A stretch of 64,000 nucleotides of DNA from an uncultured Bacteroidales bacterium (GTDB lineage: Bacteria > Bacteroidota > Bacteroidia > Bacteroidales > P3), in contig CAJOHZ010000011.1 in assembly GCA_905234695.1 (NCBI GenBank), positions 3,121 to 67,120 of the forward strand, written 5' to 3'. Made by a program: the position numbers and the translations under genes. Below the pieces are notes generated by a model. It made no database searches. It was not told the origin of the DNA and was given only the letters and a program-made list of their open reading frames with translations. Of this stretch, positions 10,082 to 19,058 are shown piece by piece. Every line of letters starts with the position of its first letter. The first letter of the stretch is position 1.

Positions 10082-11580
10082 CGGAGAACTTCTATGACTC
10101 CCACGTGGCGGGTTTGGATTTCCACACCATGGCCCTGGAAGAAATAGAAGTAAGTGCCTGAAGGCATACGCGCGGCGGCAGGGTCCCAAAACTGGTCGTC
10201 GCGCGTAATGTTTTCCGCGCGGTAGACCGCCCGACCCGTCCGGTCGTAGATAATCAAAAGGTTGTAGGGATAACAGGCATTCTCAACCAATCCGCTGATG
10301 ACAAAGCGGTCGTTGATGCCGTCGCCATTGGCGGTGACGGCGTTGGGGAAGTGCAGCATGCTGTCGCAGTGGTCGCCATCCCAGAAGACATGCAGATTGT
10401 AGTAGATTGTGCTGTCGCACCCCGCCTCGTTGGGCAGGCGTATGGGACAGTTGGAAGCTGTGTCGGTAAAGAGGGTGTCGAGGAAACTCCACGGAAGCTG
10501 CCGCTCCATCACGGTATCGTAGACCGAGGTGTCGCTGTTGGGGATGACATGGAGACGATAGACACGCGTGGTGTCGCAGTAATGGCCGGGGTGCAGCAAC
10601 GAGTCTATCCCCTCGCCCTCGAAGGTCAGCGAATCCCAAGTATAGGGCAGCTGCGACTCGCAAACATAGGCATCGACGGTATCCACAGGGGAACAATTGC
10701 AGTCGGGGCCCACGAGGAGCAAGCTGTCGGAAACCACGCATCCGCCCAGGAGGCGAGGCGTGTATATCTGGAAGGCATCGATGGTCTGACGCTGCGCAGA
10801 GGACTTTTCATAAAACCGCAGAATGACATTTTTCCCAGCGGGGAGCGTCCAATAGTTCAACATGACATCCGCCCATACCGGGTCGTGGTTGAAGATGAGG
10901 GTGGTGTCGGGATAGACGGCTTCGAGGAGATGCCACGGGTGATAGAAGGATGTATTGACATTGTGGTCGAGACGCACACTCTGATAGATGAACGTGTAAC
11001 TACGCGAGGAGTCGTCGATATCCACAGTATCGATGTACAAGGGGTGATAGGTGCCGTTCTGCGGGATGGAGGTAAGCGTATCCATTCTATCGGCAGGCGC
11101 GGCCGTGTCGCAGCGTACAATGACACCCTTTATCGAATAATCCGCCATGGTGCGACAGTAGCGCGAGGCGTTGCTGTCCACCGCCACGCTACGGGGCTGG
11201 CAGAGGTCGCCCTCCGTAGGCGAAGGGACGAAAGTATAGGTGGTATGCCGTTGGAGATACCCCGGCTCAGTCCAACGCAGGAGGTTGACGGTATCGTACC
11301 ATGCCGTGAGGCGCACCCGCAGGGTGTCGCGACAGCAGAGGGTGACCCACTGGCTGTCGGCCTCGGGATTGAGGAAGAGACTGTCGGGATACCAATGGAG
11401 GCTGTCGGTCCCCTCAGGGGCACGCAACAGGTAACGGACCGAGTCAAGCCCGTCGACATTATCTGTCACAAGGAGCGAATCGACCACGGTGATGCGGGCA
11501 CTGCACACCTCGTTCTGCGCCCGCAGACAAACGGGCACCAGCAACAAAAGCATTACCGACAAGAGCAGTTTCCTCATCAT
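10078..11580 (-). CDS. T9SS type-B sorting-domain (gliding-motility C-terminal domain) secreted protein, paralogue A
   Basis: Signal peptide MMRKLLLSVMLLLLVPVCLRAQ. The C-terminus 'FPNAVTANGDGINDRFVISGL...YDRTGRAVYRAENI...SGTYFYFF' is the CHU_C/type-B sorting domain. Confidence 0.8.
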   Translation of the reverse strand: MMRKLLLSVMLLLLVPVCLRAQNEVCSARITVVDSLLVTDNVDGLDSVRYLLRAPEGTDSLHWYPDSLFLNPEADSQWVTLCCRDTLRVRLTAWYDTVNLLRWTEPGYLQRHTTYTFVPSPTEGDLCQPRSVAVDSNASRYCRTMADYSIKGVIVRCDTAAPADRMDTLTSIPQNGTYHPLYIDTVDIDDSSRSYTFIYQSVRLDHNVNTSFYHPWHLLEAVYPDTTLIFNHDPVWADVMLNYWTLPAGKNVILRFYEKSSAQRQTIDAFQIYTPRLLGGCVVSDSLLLVGPDCNCSPVDTVDAYVCESQLPYTWDSLTFEGEGIDSLLHPGHYCDTTRVYRLHVIPNSDTSVYDTVMERQLPWSFLDTLFTDTASNCPIRLPNEAGCDSTIYYNLHVFWDGDHCDSMLHFPNAVTANGDGINDRFVISGLVENACYPYNLLIIYDRTGRAVYRAENITRDDQFWDPAAARMPSGTYFYFFQGHGVEIQTRHVGVIEVLR

Positions 11581-11666
11581 AGTCCAATACTAACGCCAGT
11601 GGAAACAAATTATTGCCCCCTCCGTATATACACGGTCATTTTTCGTCCAATTCAACAACGATGGCC

Positions 11667-13481
11667 TCAGCGGAGCACCTCGATGCAGCCAATATGGCGG
11701 GTTTGGATGTCCACGCCATGGCCTTGGAAGAAATAGAAGTAGGTGCCCGCTGGCATCCGTCTGGCATCGGGATCCCAGAACTGGTCGTCGCGTGTGATGT
11801 TCTCGGCCCGGAATACCACCCGGCCGGTACGGTCGTAGATTACCAAAAGGTTGTAGGGATAGCACTGGTTCTCGACCAAGCCGCTGATGACAAAACGGTC
11901 GTTGACGCCGTCGCCATTGACGGTGACAGCGTTGGGGAAGTGCAGCATGCTGTCGCAGTGGTCGCCGTCCCAGAAGACATGCAGGTTATAATAAACAATG
12001 CTGTCGCATCCCGCCTCGTTGACCGTGTGGAGCGGGCAGCGCGACACCGTGTCGGAGAAGAGAGTGTCCATAAACGACCACGGCAGCTGCCGCTCCATCA
12101 CCGTATCGTAGACCGATGTATCAGTGGTGGGCACGACACGGAGGATGTATGTGATGATGCTGTCGCCCCCCTCGAAGGGCACGGACACCGTGGCCGAACT
12201 GTCGGAATAATAGTCGAGGCTGTCCCAGGTGACGGGCAGTTCGCTCTCACAGACATAGCGGTAGAGGGTATCGTAGACGGTGTCGTTGCAGATGCGGCCC
12301 ACAGAGAAATGCATGACGGCGGTGTCGGAGCACTTGCCGTCGGCCAGCATGGCCTCCAGCACCACCTTGTGGGAACCCGACGTAAAGTAGTGCCACGGGC
12401 TGCGCTCGTGGTAGACGATGGTGTCGTCGATGGTCCATCGGCACCGCTCACAGGGGTAGCCAGTGGAACTGTCGAGGGCTTCGTCGTGGCAGATGACACT
12501 GCGGTTGTGGAGCCGCAAGCGGAGGCTGCACCGCAGCGTATCGAGGGTATCAAGGAAAAAGTCGGCCTTAGGGTAGCGCGGATTGGCATAGGCCGTCATC
12601 GTGAAGGTGCAGGGGTTGTCGACCGAGCCGAGATAGGTCATGCGGCAGTGGTAGACCCCGGGGCCGTTGACGAAGAGGGTTCGTGTGGTGCTGATAGGGG
12701 TCATCAGCGGACTGTAGCGATACCAGTGGTACGAGAAGCCCTCGGGGGCAATGAGAGTGACGGTGTCGGCATTTCCGCAAGAAGTGGATGTCAGCACCTT
12801 GTCGGCACATTTGATAACGAAATAGGAATAGGCGTAGTGCGACCCCATCTTACAGTCGTAGGTGGAGAGGTAGACATTGATGGTCTGCCCATGGAGCGAA
12901 GTGAGGTCGACCCCCACGGTAGTCCAGTCTTTCCAAAGCACGTTTTCGGAGGCCACATTCCAGCCGAGCGAATCGTTGGCCATAAAGACCGCCGAATAGC
13001 AGTTTCCATCGACCTCGCGGCCTGTGCTGTCGGTGATGCGGAACACCATACGGGGCTGCTCCTGAATGGGGTGGTTGGGACTTTGGAAAACGACAGCGTA
13101 ACGGAGGATAAGAAGGTCGTTGAGGTTGGTGTCGACCTTATAGCGGTATGTCAGGCTCTCCTCCTCGCCGCCGGTACGCCAGTTGCCCAGCCTCACGGAA
13201 CGTTCCTCGCCCTCCGGAACCAGCCGCAGCCGGCCTCCCGTGCGGGGGTCGCGTGCGGCGGTGTCGTAATTGACGGTATGGCGAGACAGGGCGTTGTCGC
13301 TACCATAGTCCACCACACCCTGACGGCTGTCGGGATTGTTGAAGGTACCCGTCTTCGCCACGGTGTGGCAGGAGCCCAAATCGGTGAAGTCGATACAGCC
13401 GTAATGCTCGGGACATGTGTCCACCTGCCCTCGCAACAGCCAGGGCATCAGCAGCAATATACCGAGCAGAAGTTTCCTCAT
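11667..13481 (-). CDS. T9SS type-B sorting-domain secreted protein, paralogue B
   Basis: Start taken at MRKLLLGILLLMPWLLRGQ (13481). The C-terminal ~150 aa is near-identical in pattern to paralogue A ('FPNAVTVNGDGVNDRFVISGL', 'AGTYFYFF'). Confidence 0.8.
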   Translation of the reverse strand: MRKLLLGILLLMPWLLRGQVDTCPEHYGCIDFTDLGSCHTVAKTGTFNNPDSRQGVVDYGSDNALSRHTVNYDTAARDPRTGGRLRLVPEGEERSVRLGNWRTGGEEESLTYRYKVDTNLNDLLILRYAVVFQSPNHPIQEQPRMVFRITDSTGREVDGNCYSAVFMANDSLGWNVASENVLWKDWTTVGVDLTSLHGQTINVYLSTYDCKMGSHYAYSYFVIKCADKVLTSTSCGNADTVTLIAPEGFSYHWYRYSPLMTPISTTRTLFVNGPGVYHCRMTYLGSVDNPCTFTMTAYANPRYPKADFFLDTLDTLRCSLRLRLHNRSVICHDEALDSSTGYPCERCRWTIDDTIVYHERSPWHYFTSGSHKVVLEAMLADGKCSDTAVMHFSVGRICNDTVYDTLYRYVCESELPVTWDSLDYYSDSSATVSVPFEGGDSIITYILRVVPTTDTSVYDTVMERQLPWSFMDTLFSDTVSRCPLHTVNEAGCDSIVYYNLHVFWDGDHCDSMLHFPNAVTVNGDGVNDRFVISGLVENQCYPYNLLVIYDRTGRVVFRAENITRDDQFWDPDARRMPAGTYFYFFQGHGVDIQTRHIGCIEVLR

Positions 13482-13557
13482 CTTTCTAAAACAACAACCC
13501 ACCAGCCTCGACAATGAGGTTGGTGGGTGTAATGTGACTTATTCAATAAGCCCTCCA

Positions 13558-14730
13558 TTAATGCAAGAAGGCCAAGAGAATACCAGCAGCCACTGCCGAG
13601 CCTACCACGCCGGCCACATTGGGACCCATGGCATGCTGCAGCAGGTAGTTGGTCTTGTCGTACTCCAAGCCTACGTTGTTCGACACACGGGCAGCATCTG
13701 GAACGGCGCTGACACCCGAGTTGCCGATGAGGGGATTAATCTTGTTACCTTCCTTAAGGAAGATGTTCATCACCTTGACAAACAACACACCGACGAAGGT
13801 GGCCACGATGAACGAGCCGGCACCCAGTGCGAAGATAAGCACCGAACGGCCGGTAAGGAACGTGGTAGCCTGGGTGGAGGCACCCACGGTGATGCCGATA
13901 AGGAGGGTACAGATGTTGACAATGGCGTTGGAGGCCACCTCGCTGAGACGCTTGGTGACACCGCACTCCTTCAACAGGTTACCGAAGAAGAGCATACCCA
14001 GCAGGGGCAGGCCCGACGGCACGATGAAAGCGCAGAAGAGGAAACCCACGATGGGGAAGGTAATCTTCTCCAACTTCGAGACCTGCCGCGGAGGCTTCAT
14101 GCGGATGGTACGTTCCTTCGGAGTGGTGAGGAGACGCATGATGGGCGGCTGGATGACCGGCACAAGCGCCATGTACGAGTATGCCGAGACGGCGATGGCA
14201 CCCATCAACTCAGGAGCCAGCTGGCTGGAGATGAAGATGGCCGTGGGACCGTCGGCACCACCGATAATACCGATGGCACCTGCCTCATTGGGGGCAAAAC
14301 CTAACGCCATGGCACCCATATAGGCGGCAAAGATACCGCACTGCGCCGCAGCTCCAATCAAGAAGAGCTTGGGGTTGGAGAGCAGCGCCGAGAAGTCTGT
14401 CATGGCGCCGATACCCAGGAATATCAAGGGTGGGTACCAGCCGTTCTGGACACCGTGGTACAAGATGTTGAGCACCGAATTTGTCTCATAGATGCCTATC
14501 TTCAGTCCGGGATAGAAGGGAATATTACCCACCAACATACCGAATCCGATGGGCACGAGCAGGAGGGGCTCAAACTCGAACTTGATACCCAAGAAGATAA
14601 ATATCAATCCTATCAGGATCATGATGATGTGGCCCCATGTGACATTGGCGAAACCCGTATACTCCAGGAACTGGACCATCTGGGTCGACAGGAAATCCAT
14701 GAAACCACCTGATGATAATAAGCTAAACAT
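13558..14730 (-). CDS. mmdB: Na+-translocating decarboxylase beta subunit (OadB/GcdB/MmdB family)
   Basis: 390-aa polytopic membrane protein with the family-typical N-terminus 'FLEYTGFANVTWGHIIMILIG'. It is the last gene of the mce-mmdA...mmdC operon. Confidence 0.9.
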   Translation of the reverse strand: MFSLLSSGGFMDFLSTQMVQFLEYTGFANVTWGHIIMILIGLIFIFLGIKFEFEPLLLVPIGFGMLVGNIPFYPGLKIGIYETNSVLNILYHGVQNGWYPPLIFLGIGAMTDFSALLSNPKLFLIGAAAQCGIFAAYMGAMALGFAPNEAGAIGIIGGADGPTAIFISSQLAPELMGAIAVSAYSYMALVPVIQPPIMRLLTTPKERTIRMKPPRQVSKLEKITFPIVGFLFCAFIVPSGLPLLGMLFFGNLLKECGVTKRLSEVASNAIVNICTLLIGITVGASTQATTFLTGRSVLIFALGAGSFIVATFVGVLFVKVMNIFLKEGNKINPLIGNSGVSAVPDAARVSNNVGLEYDKTNYLLQHAMGPNVAGVVGSAVAAGILLAFLH

Positions 14731-14738
14731 ATTGTGAA

Positions 14739-14771
14739 GTTTTAGTTTGTCGTTTTAGTTTTAAGTTCTTG
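14739..14771 (-). repeat. degenerate 6-7-nt-period A-rich tract in mmdC-mmdB spacer
   Basis: The sense strand reads CAAGAACTTAAAACTAAAACGACAAACTAAAAC. Confidence 0.7.
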
Positions 14772-14802
14772 CGTGTGCTGGATACTTATAACTTAAACTG
14801 GA

Positions 14803-15270
14803 CTATCCGATAACGATGAGGGTATCGCCTTCGAGGACGCTGTCGCCCTTGCGGACGTTGACGGCCTTGACCGTACCGTCGCAGTCGGCCTCGATGTTGT
14901 TCTCCATCTTCATGGCTTCGAGCAGCACCACGCGCTGGCCAGCCTTGACCGCGTCGCCCACGTTGACGAAGACATCGAGGATGGTGCCCGGGAGGGGCGA
15001 CTGCACCTTGTTGCCAGCCACGGCTGCGCCGGCGGCGGGGGCAGGAGCGGCGGCCGGAGCCGAGCCACGCTGCACCTCACCATGGGCGGAAGCCACACGA
15101 GGAGCGGGACGGCTGCTGACGATGGTGGTATGCTTCGGTTGACGGATTTCCTTGTCGACGGTGACTGTATACGGGGTACCGTTGACATCCAACTTTATCT
15201 CTTGGCCCTCCACCTCGTTGATGTCAACGCTGTAGTCGGTGCCGTTTATCTTGAACTTGAAGTTTTTCAT
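14803..15270 (-). CDS. mmdC: biotin carboxyl carrier subunit of methylmalonyl-CoA decarboxylase
   Basis: Start MKNFKFKINGTDYSV. It has an Ala/Pro linker and the biotinylation motif 'LEAMKMEN'. Confidence 0.9.
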   Translation of the reverse strand: MKNFKFKINGTDYSVDINEVEGQEIKLDVNGTPYTVTVDKEIRQPKHTTIVSSRPAPRVASAHGEVQRGSAPAAAPAPAAGAAVAGNKVQSPLPGTILDVFVNVGDAVKAGQRVVLLEAMKMENNIEADCDGTVKAVNVRKGDSVLEGDTLIVIG

Positions 15271-15278
15271 TGTTGCTG

Positions 15279-16277
15279 TTATCTTCTGTTGTTGTAATAT
15301 TTGTTCATGTTGTAGTACTTGGCATTCCACGGAGTCCAAGCACGCTCGACCTTCTGGATGGTGATGACGGTGTCTTCCTCATCGTGCATGTCCTGATCGT
15401 ACATGTAGATGGCCGCGGCAATGGCGGCATATACCTCGCCAGCCACTTCGCTGGACTTGGCAGGAATCTCGTCGCCACTCTTGGCGGCCGACTTACGTTT
15501 CTTGCGGTCTTGTACCTTCATAATGGCGGCACCGTAGCCTTTCATGATGAAGCAGATGCAGACCAAGGCAAGGAACACCACACAAATGGCTGTCACCGTG
15601 AGACCGATACCGACGGGGTCGGACTCCTTGATGCGCTCGGACTGCTTGGGCACATGGTAGTGGAACGTGGAAGATTCCGAAATCTTCTCCAGCCCTCTCT
15701 CGCAGCAGAGCACATGGATGTCGTAACCCACGGGATTCTTGCCGACGACGATGAGTTCATGGTCCTCGGGATTGAAGCCGAAGGCATCGGCATTGCTGCG
15801 GAAGGCCACCTTGGCGACGGGAGTGGTGTCGGGCAAGATGGCGAGGTCGAGAATCGCCAGATATGCGGAGTCTTTCTGAGAACTGGCCAACAGAACCACC
15901 TTGTTGTCAATCACCGCCACCGAACGGGGACGAATGATATTCTTCAAGTCGTGGCGTTTCTTGATATTGTCGGTGACGAAACGGCCGACACGAGCCATGG
16001 TATCGCCACTGCGCTCCAAGATGTCGACGGCACAGTCGATGCTGTCGACAATCACGAACATCCGCTCCTCGGGGAGGTAGCAGACATTGTTGGGCACAAA
16101 TTCGAGGGGTTTCATGCCCGGATGGTGGCATGGCATTCCTTTCGGGGCCGGCATGGCTGCCGCGCATGTGGCACCCGACTGGGCATCAGGATGCCGCTCG
16201 GGCTGCGCCGCCATCGTGCCTCCCAGCAGGAAAAGACCCACGAGAAGTGCTACTATTGGTTTGAATACTCTATTCAT
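15279..16277 (-). CDS. OadG-like (decarboxylase small-subunit) membrane protein fused to a ~230-aa N-terminal extracytoplasmic domain
   Basis: Start MNRVFKPIVALLVGLFLLGG is a signal peptide or TM. A second TM (GIGLTVTAICVVFLALVCICFIM) is followed by the OadG-type string 'EVYAAIAAAIYMY'. The gene sits between mmdA and mmdC. Confidence 0.65.
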   Translation of the reverse strand: MNRVFKPIVALLVGLFLLGGTMAAQPERHPDAQSGATCAAAMPAPKGMPCHHPGMKPLEFVPNNVCYLPEERMFVIVDSIDCAVDILERSGDTMARVGRFVTDNIKKRHDLKNIIRPRSVAVIDNKVVLLASSQKDSAYLAILDLAILPDTTPVAKVAFRSNADAFGFNPEDHELIVVGKNPVGYDIHVLCCERGLEKISESSTFHYHVPKQSERIKESDPVGIGLTVTAICVVFLALVCICFIMKGYGAAIMKVQDRKKRKSAAKSGDEIPAKSSEVAGEVYAAIAAAIYMYDQDMHDEEDTVITIQKVERAWTPWNAKYYNMNKYYNNRR

Positions 16278-16326
16278 GTCTTCTTTATTGATATAACAAT
16301 CAAGCATTGTGTTTCAGCCCTGGTTC

Positions 16327-16358
16327 ATACGCTTCCGCCGCCAAGGACGGAAGCGTAT
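16327..16358 (-). other. 11-bp-stem hairpin between Cys-rich gene and oadG-like gene
   Basis: ATACGCTTCCG / CGGAAGCGTAT with a 10-nt loop, 19 nt downstream of the Cys-rich gene stop. No U-tract follows. Confidence 0.5.
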
Positions 16359-16376
16359 AGGGCTTGTGCGCAAGAG

Positions 16377-16754
16377 TTATTTCTTGCAGCACTCTTTCTT
16401 TTCGCCGTCGCACTTGTGCTGGCAGCCTTCGTGGTTACCTTCACACTCGTGCTTGCAGCACTTCTCGCCTTCAGCCTTGCAGCACTTTTCGCCCTGGGCC
16501 TTGCAGCACTGCTCACCGGCCTTGGCCTTGCAGCAGTTCTCGGTGCCACAGTTGACACAGCCTTCGCAGTTGTTCTGAGCGCAGGTGGTGTCGGGGCAAG
16601 TGCACTCGTGGTGGCAGCACTCGTGGTGGTGCTCGCACACCTCGGTCTCGGTGCAGCTGTCAACGGGCTCCTCAGCGGGAGTGTTGTTGCAGCAGGAAGT
16701 CATGCCGAAAGCGAAAGCAGCGGCGATGAAAGCGGTTAAGAAAACTTTCTTCAT
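16377..16754 (-). CDS. Cys/His-rich lipoprotein (metallothionein-like), 125 aa
   Basis: Lipoprotein signal MKKVFLTAFIAAAFAFGMTS|C. The mature ~105 aa contains ~25 Cys and ~8 His, with CC, CxC and CxxC motifs and four 8-aa repeats of CCKA(x)GEK. The competing frames are low-complexity. Confidence 0.7.
   Translation of the reverse strand: MKKVFLTAFIAAAFAFGMTSCCNNTPAEEPVDSCTETEVCEHHHECCHHECTCPDTTCAQNNCEGCVNCGTENCCKAKAGEQCCKAQGEKCCKAEGEKCCKHECEGNHEGCQHKCDGEKKECCKK
16452..16535 (-). repeat. ~24-nt tandem repeats encoding CCKAKAGEQ / CCKAQGEK / CCKAEGEK / CCKHE
   Basis: The plus strand shows reiterated CCTTGCAGCACTNNTCGCC units. Confidence 0.8.
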
Positions 16755-16772
16755 TTGATTGATTGTTATTGT

Positions 16773-16787
16773 GGTGCCAAAGGCACC
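16773..16787 (-). other. small hairpin between mmdA stop and Cys-rich gene start
   Basis: GGTGCC-AAA-GGCACC within the 51-nt spacer. Confidence 0.4.
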
Positions 16788-16805
16788 TGGTTAATAAATA
16801 ATTTT

Positions 16806-18365
16806 TTACAACGGAATATTGCAGTGTTTCTTCATCGGCATCGAGTCCTTCTTGGTGGCCAGCACCTGCAGGGCACGGATGATACGGAAACGGGTGTTAC
16901 GAGGCTCGATGACATCATCGATATAACCATACTTGGCCGCGTTGTAGGGGTTGGCGAACTGGTCGTTGTACTCCTTCTCCTTCTCGGCGACGAACTTGGC
17001 TTTCTCCTCGGGATCGGTGATATCCTTCAACTGACGGCCATACAGCACCTCCGTGGCGCCGCTGGCGCCCATGACAGCGATCTGGGCCGTAGGCCATGCA
17101 TAGTTGATGTCGCCACGCAGCTGCTTGCAGCTCATCACGATATGGGCACCTCCATACGACTTGCGGAGGGTGACAGTCACCTTGGGCACCGTAGCCTCGC
17201 CATAGGCGAAGAGCATCTTGGCACCGTGAACGATGACACCGTTGTACTCCTGACCCGTGCCGGGGAGGAATCCGGGCACATCCACCAGCGTAACCAGCGG
17301 GATATTGAAGGCGTCGCAGAAGCGGACGAAACGACCACCCTTGCGCGAAGCGTTGCTGTCAAGCACGCCTGCCATGGCCTTGGGCTGGTTGGCCACCACA
17401 CCGACGCTGATGCCGTTGAAGTGGGCGAAGCCCACCACCAGATTGGGAGCGAATTTCTCATGCACTTCGAGGAAACGACCATCGTCGACGATGGCGTGAA
17501 TCACGTCCTTCACATCGTAGGGCGTATTGGGGTTCTCGGGGATGATGCTGTTCAGGCTGTCCTCCAGACGGTCAATGGGATCGTTGGTGGGCTGCAGTGG
17601 GGCATCCTCAAAGTTGTTGGAGGGGAGGAAGCTGATGAGGTCGCGGATGAGGTTGATGGTCTCCTCTTCCGTCTCGCCGACGAAATGGGCCACACCGCTC
17701 TTGGTGGCGTGCACCATGGCGCCGCCCAGTTTATCGACGGTCACATCCTCGCCCGTGACGGTCTTCACCACCTTCGGGCCGGTGAGGAACATATAGCTGT
17801 TCTCCTTAGTCATCATGATGAAGTCGGTGAGTGCAGGGCTGTATACCGCACCGCCGGCGCAGGGACCGAAGATGGCGCTGATCTGGGGCACCACGCCGCT
17901 GGCCATGATATTACGCTCAAATATCTCGGCATAACCCGCCAGCGAGTTGCAACCCTCCTGGATACGGGCGCCGCCCGAGTCGTTCAGGCCGATGACGGGC
18001 GCACCCGTCTTCATGGCCTGGTCCATAATCTTGCAAATCTTGAGCGACATGGTCTCGCTCAAGCTTCCGGCAAAAACGGTGAAGTCTTGTGCAAAAACAT
18101 ACACCGGACGGCCGTCGATGGTGCCGTAGCCGGTCACCACGCCGTCGCCGAGGAATGACTGTTTCTGCATGTCGAAATTGACACACCGATGGGTGAGGAA
18201 CATGTCGAACTCCTCAAAGGAGCCTTCGTCCAGCAGCAGGGCAATACGCTCGCGAGCAGTCAGTTTTCCCTGCTCGTGCTGTTTGTCGATGCGTTTTTGG
18301 CCACCGCCCATTCTGGCTTCACTCCTCTTGTCGAGAAGTTCTTTTATTTTTTCTTCAAAAGCCAT
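16806..18365 (-). CDS. mmdA: methylmalonyl-CoA carboxyltransferase (acyl-CoA carboxylase beta family), decarboxylase alpha subunit
   Basis: 519 aa. The N-terminus '[37 protein letters not shown]' and the whole-length pattern are typical of carboxyltransferase 12S/MmdA. Confidence 0.93.
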   Translation of the reverse strand: MAFEEKIKELLDKRSEARMGGGQKRIDKQHEQGKLTARERIALLLDEGSFEEFDMFLTHRCVNFDMQKQSFLGDGVVTGYGTIDGRPVYVFAQDFTVFAGSLSETMSLKICKIMDQAMKTGAPVIGLNDSGGARIQEGCNSLAGYAEIFERNIMASGVVPQISAIFGPCAGGAVYSPALTDFIMMTKENSYMFLTGPKVVKTVTGEDVTVDKLGGAMVHATKSGVAHFVGETEEETINLIRDLISFLPSNNFEDAPLQPTNDPIDRLEDSLNSIIPENPNTPYDVKDVIHAIVDDGRFLEVHEKFAPNLVVGFAHFNGISVGVVANQPKAMAGVLDSNASRKGGRFVRFCDAFNIPLVTLVDVPGFLPGTGQEYNGVIVHGAKMLFAYGEATVPKVTVTLRKSYGGAHIVMSCKQLRGDINYAWPTAQIAVMGASGATEVLYGRQLKDITDPEEKAKFVAEKEKEYNDQFANPYNAAKYGYIDDVIEPRNTRFRIIRALQVLATKKDSMPMKKHCNIPL

Positions 18366-18432
18366 AACTATTATATTTTAAATTGTTTATCCGTTTACTC
18401 GTTGAATGTTTTTCTGTTGGTTTGTTTTCAGT

Positions 18433-18466
18433 CAAACAACTCAACAATTCAACAACTCAACATCTC
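18433..18466 (-). repeat. 8-nt-period tract in mce-mmdA spacer
   Basis: The plus strand reads AACTCAAC AATTCAAC AACTCAAC. The sense strand reads GTTGAGTT GTTGAATT GTTGAGTT. Confidence 0.8.
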
Positions 18467-18469
18467 GTA

Positions 18470-18877
18470 TTACTTGCAGCAGAATTCGGTCAACACACCG
18501 AGGGTGCTCTTGGGGTGCAGGAAACCGATATGCAGGCCTTCGGCACCGCCGCGGCTCTGCTGGTCAATCAAGCGGACGCCCTTCTCTTTGGCATCGTTGA
18601 GAGCCTTGTCGGTGTCTTCCATGCAGAAAGCGATATGGTGCATACCTCCCTTGCCTCCGTTCTTCTCGATAAACGAGGCGATGGTGCTTTCGGGGCAAGT
18701 GGGCTCCAACAACTCGATTTTGGTCTGTCCGCACATGAAGAAAGCGGTCTTGACCTTCTGGTCCTTGACCTCTTCGATGGCGTAGCATTTCAGACCCATT
18801 ACATCTTCCCAATAACGGATGGCTTCATCCAGATTTGTCACGGCAATGCCGATGTGTTCGATGTGCGACGGTGTCAT
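18470..18877 (-). CDS. mce: methylmalonyl-CoA epimerase (VOC/glyoxalase fold)
   Basis: 135 aa with 'IEHIGIAV' and 'GGMHHIAF' metal-ligand strings. It is the first gene of the mmd operon. Confidence 0.88.
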   Translation of the reverse strand: MTPSHIEHIGIAVTNLDEAIRYWEDVMGLKCYAIEEVKDQKVKTAFFMCGQTKIELLEPTCPESTIASFIEKNGGKGGMHHIAFCMEDTDKALNDAKEKGVRLIDQQSRGGAEGLHIGFLHPKSTLGVLTEFCCK

Positions 18878-18989
18878 TTTTGATATAGTTTTGTGTTATT
18901 CTTTATTAATATTAATTTAATACAACTATCTCAACTATTGAACGTAACACGTTTTTTCCTCAAAACGTGCCACGCCCAATAAGCAAATG

Positions 18990-18997
18990 CAAAAATA
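18990..18997 (-). promoter_or_regulatory. -7 box TATTTTTG upstream of mce-mmd operon
   Basis: The plus strand reads CAAAAATA. It lies 113 nt upstream of the mce start (18877), and the flanks are AT-rich. Confidence 0.5.
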
Positions 18998-19058
18998 CGA
19001 TAAAAATTTTGATTAACAAAATCTTTTTTCACAGCCACTTTTGAGTAGCCGCTTCGAA

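Noticed and set aside
10078-13481. Diversity-generating retroelement (template/variable repeat) as an explanation for the two similar 3' modules.
   Set aside because: No reverse transcriptase is present. The differences between the copies are not restricted to adenine positions and extend over the whole block.
11613-13517. 634-aa plus-strand ORF mirroring the T9SS paralogue B gene. A similar 461-aa ORF at 10351-11736 mirrors paralogue A.
   Set aside because: Both are antisense shadows typical of GC-rich coding DNA. They are Val/Gly/His/Asp/Arg-rich low-complexity sequences with no signal or domain motifs. The minus-strand frames carry signal peptides and unmistakable type-B sorting domains.
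15270-16739. 489-aa plus-strand ORF spanning the oadG-like and Cys-rich genes.
   Set aside because: It runs antisense across two well-supported minus-strand genes and an intergenic hairpin. It has no recognisable motifs, and its composition is the mirror image of real codon usage.
16755-18158. 467-aa plus-strand ORF antisense to mmdA. Analogous antisense ORFs lie at 58419-59831, 60083-61516, 55799-56872, 4852-6012 and 34604-35818.
   Set aside because: Each overlaps a confidently identified gene on the other strand and shows a Gly/Val/His/Ala-rich shadow-ORF character.
18948-18969. 8-bp hairpin (CACGTTTT/AAAACGTG) in the mce 5' leader considered as a riboswitch or attenuator.
   Set aside because: It is a single short stem with no flanking conserved riboswitch elements I recognise and no U-tract. 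The evidence is insufficient.
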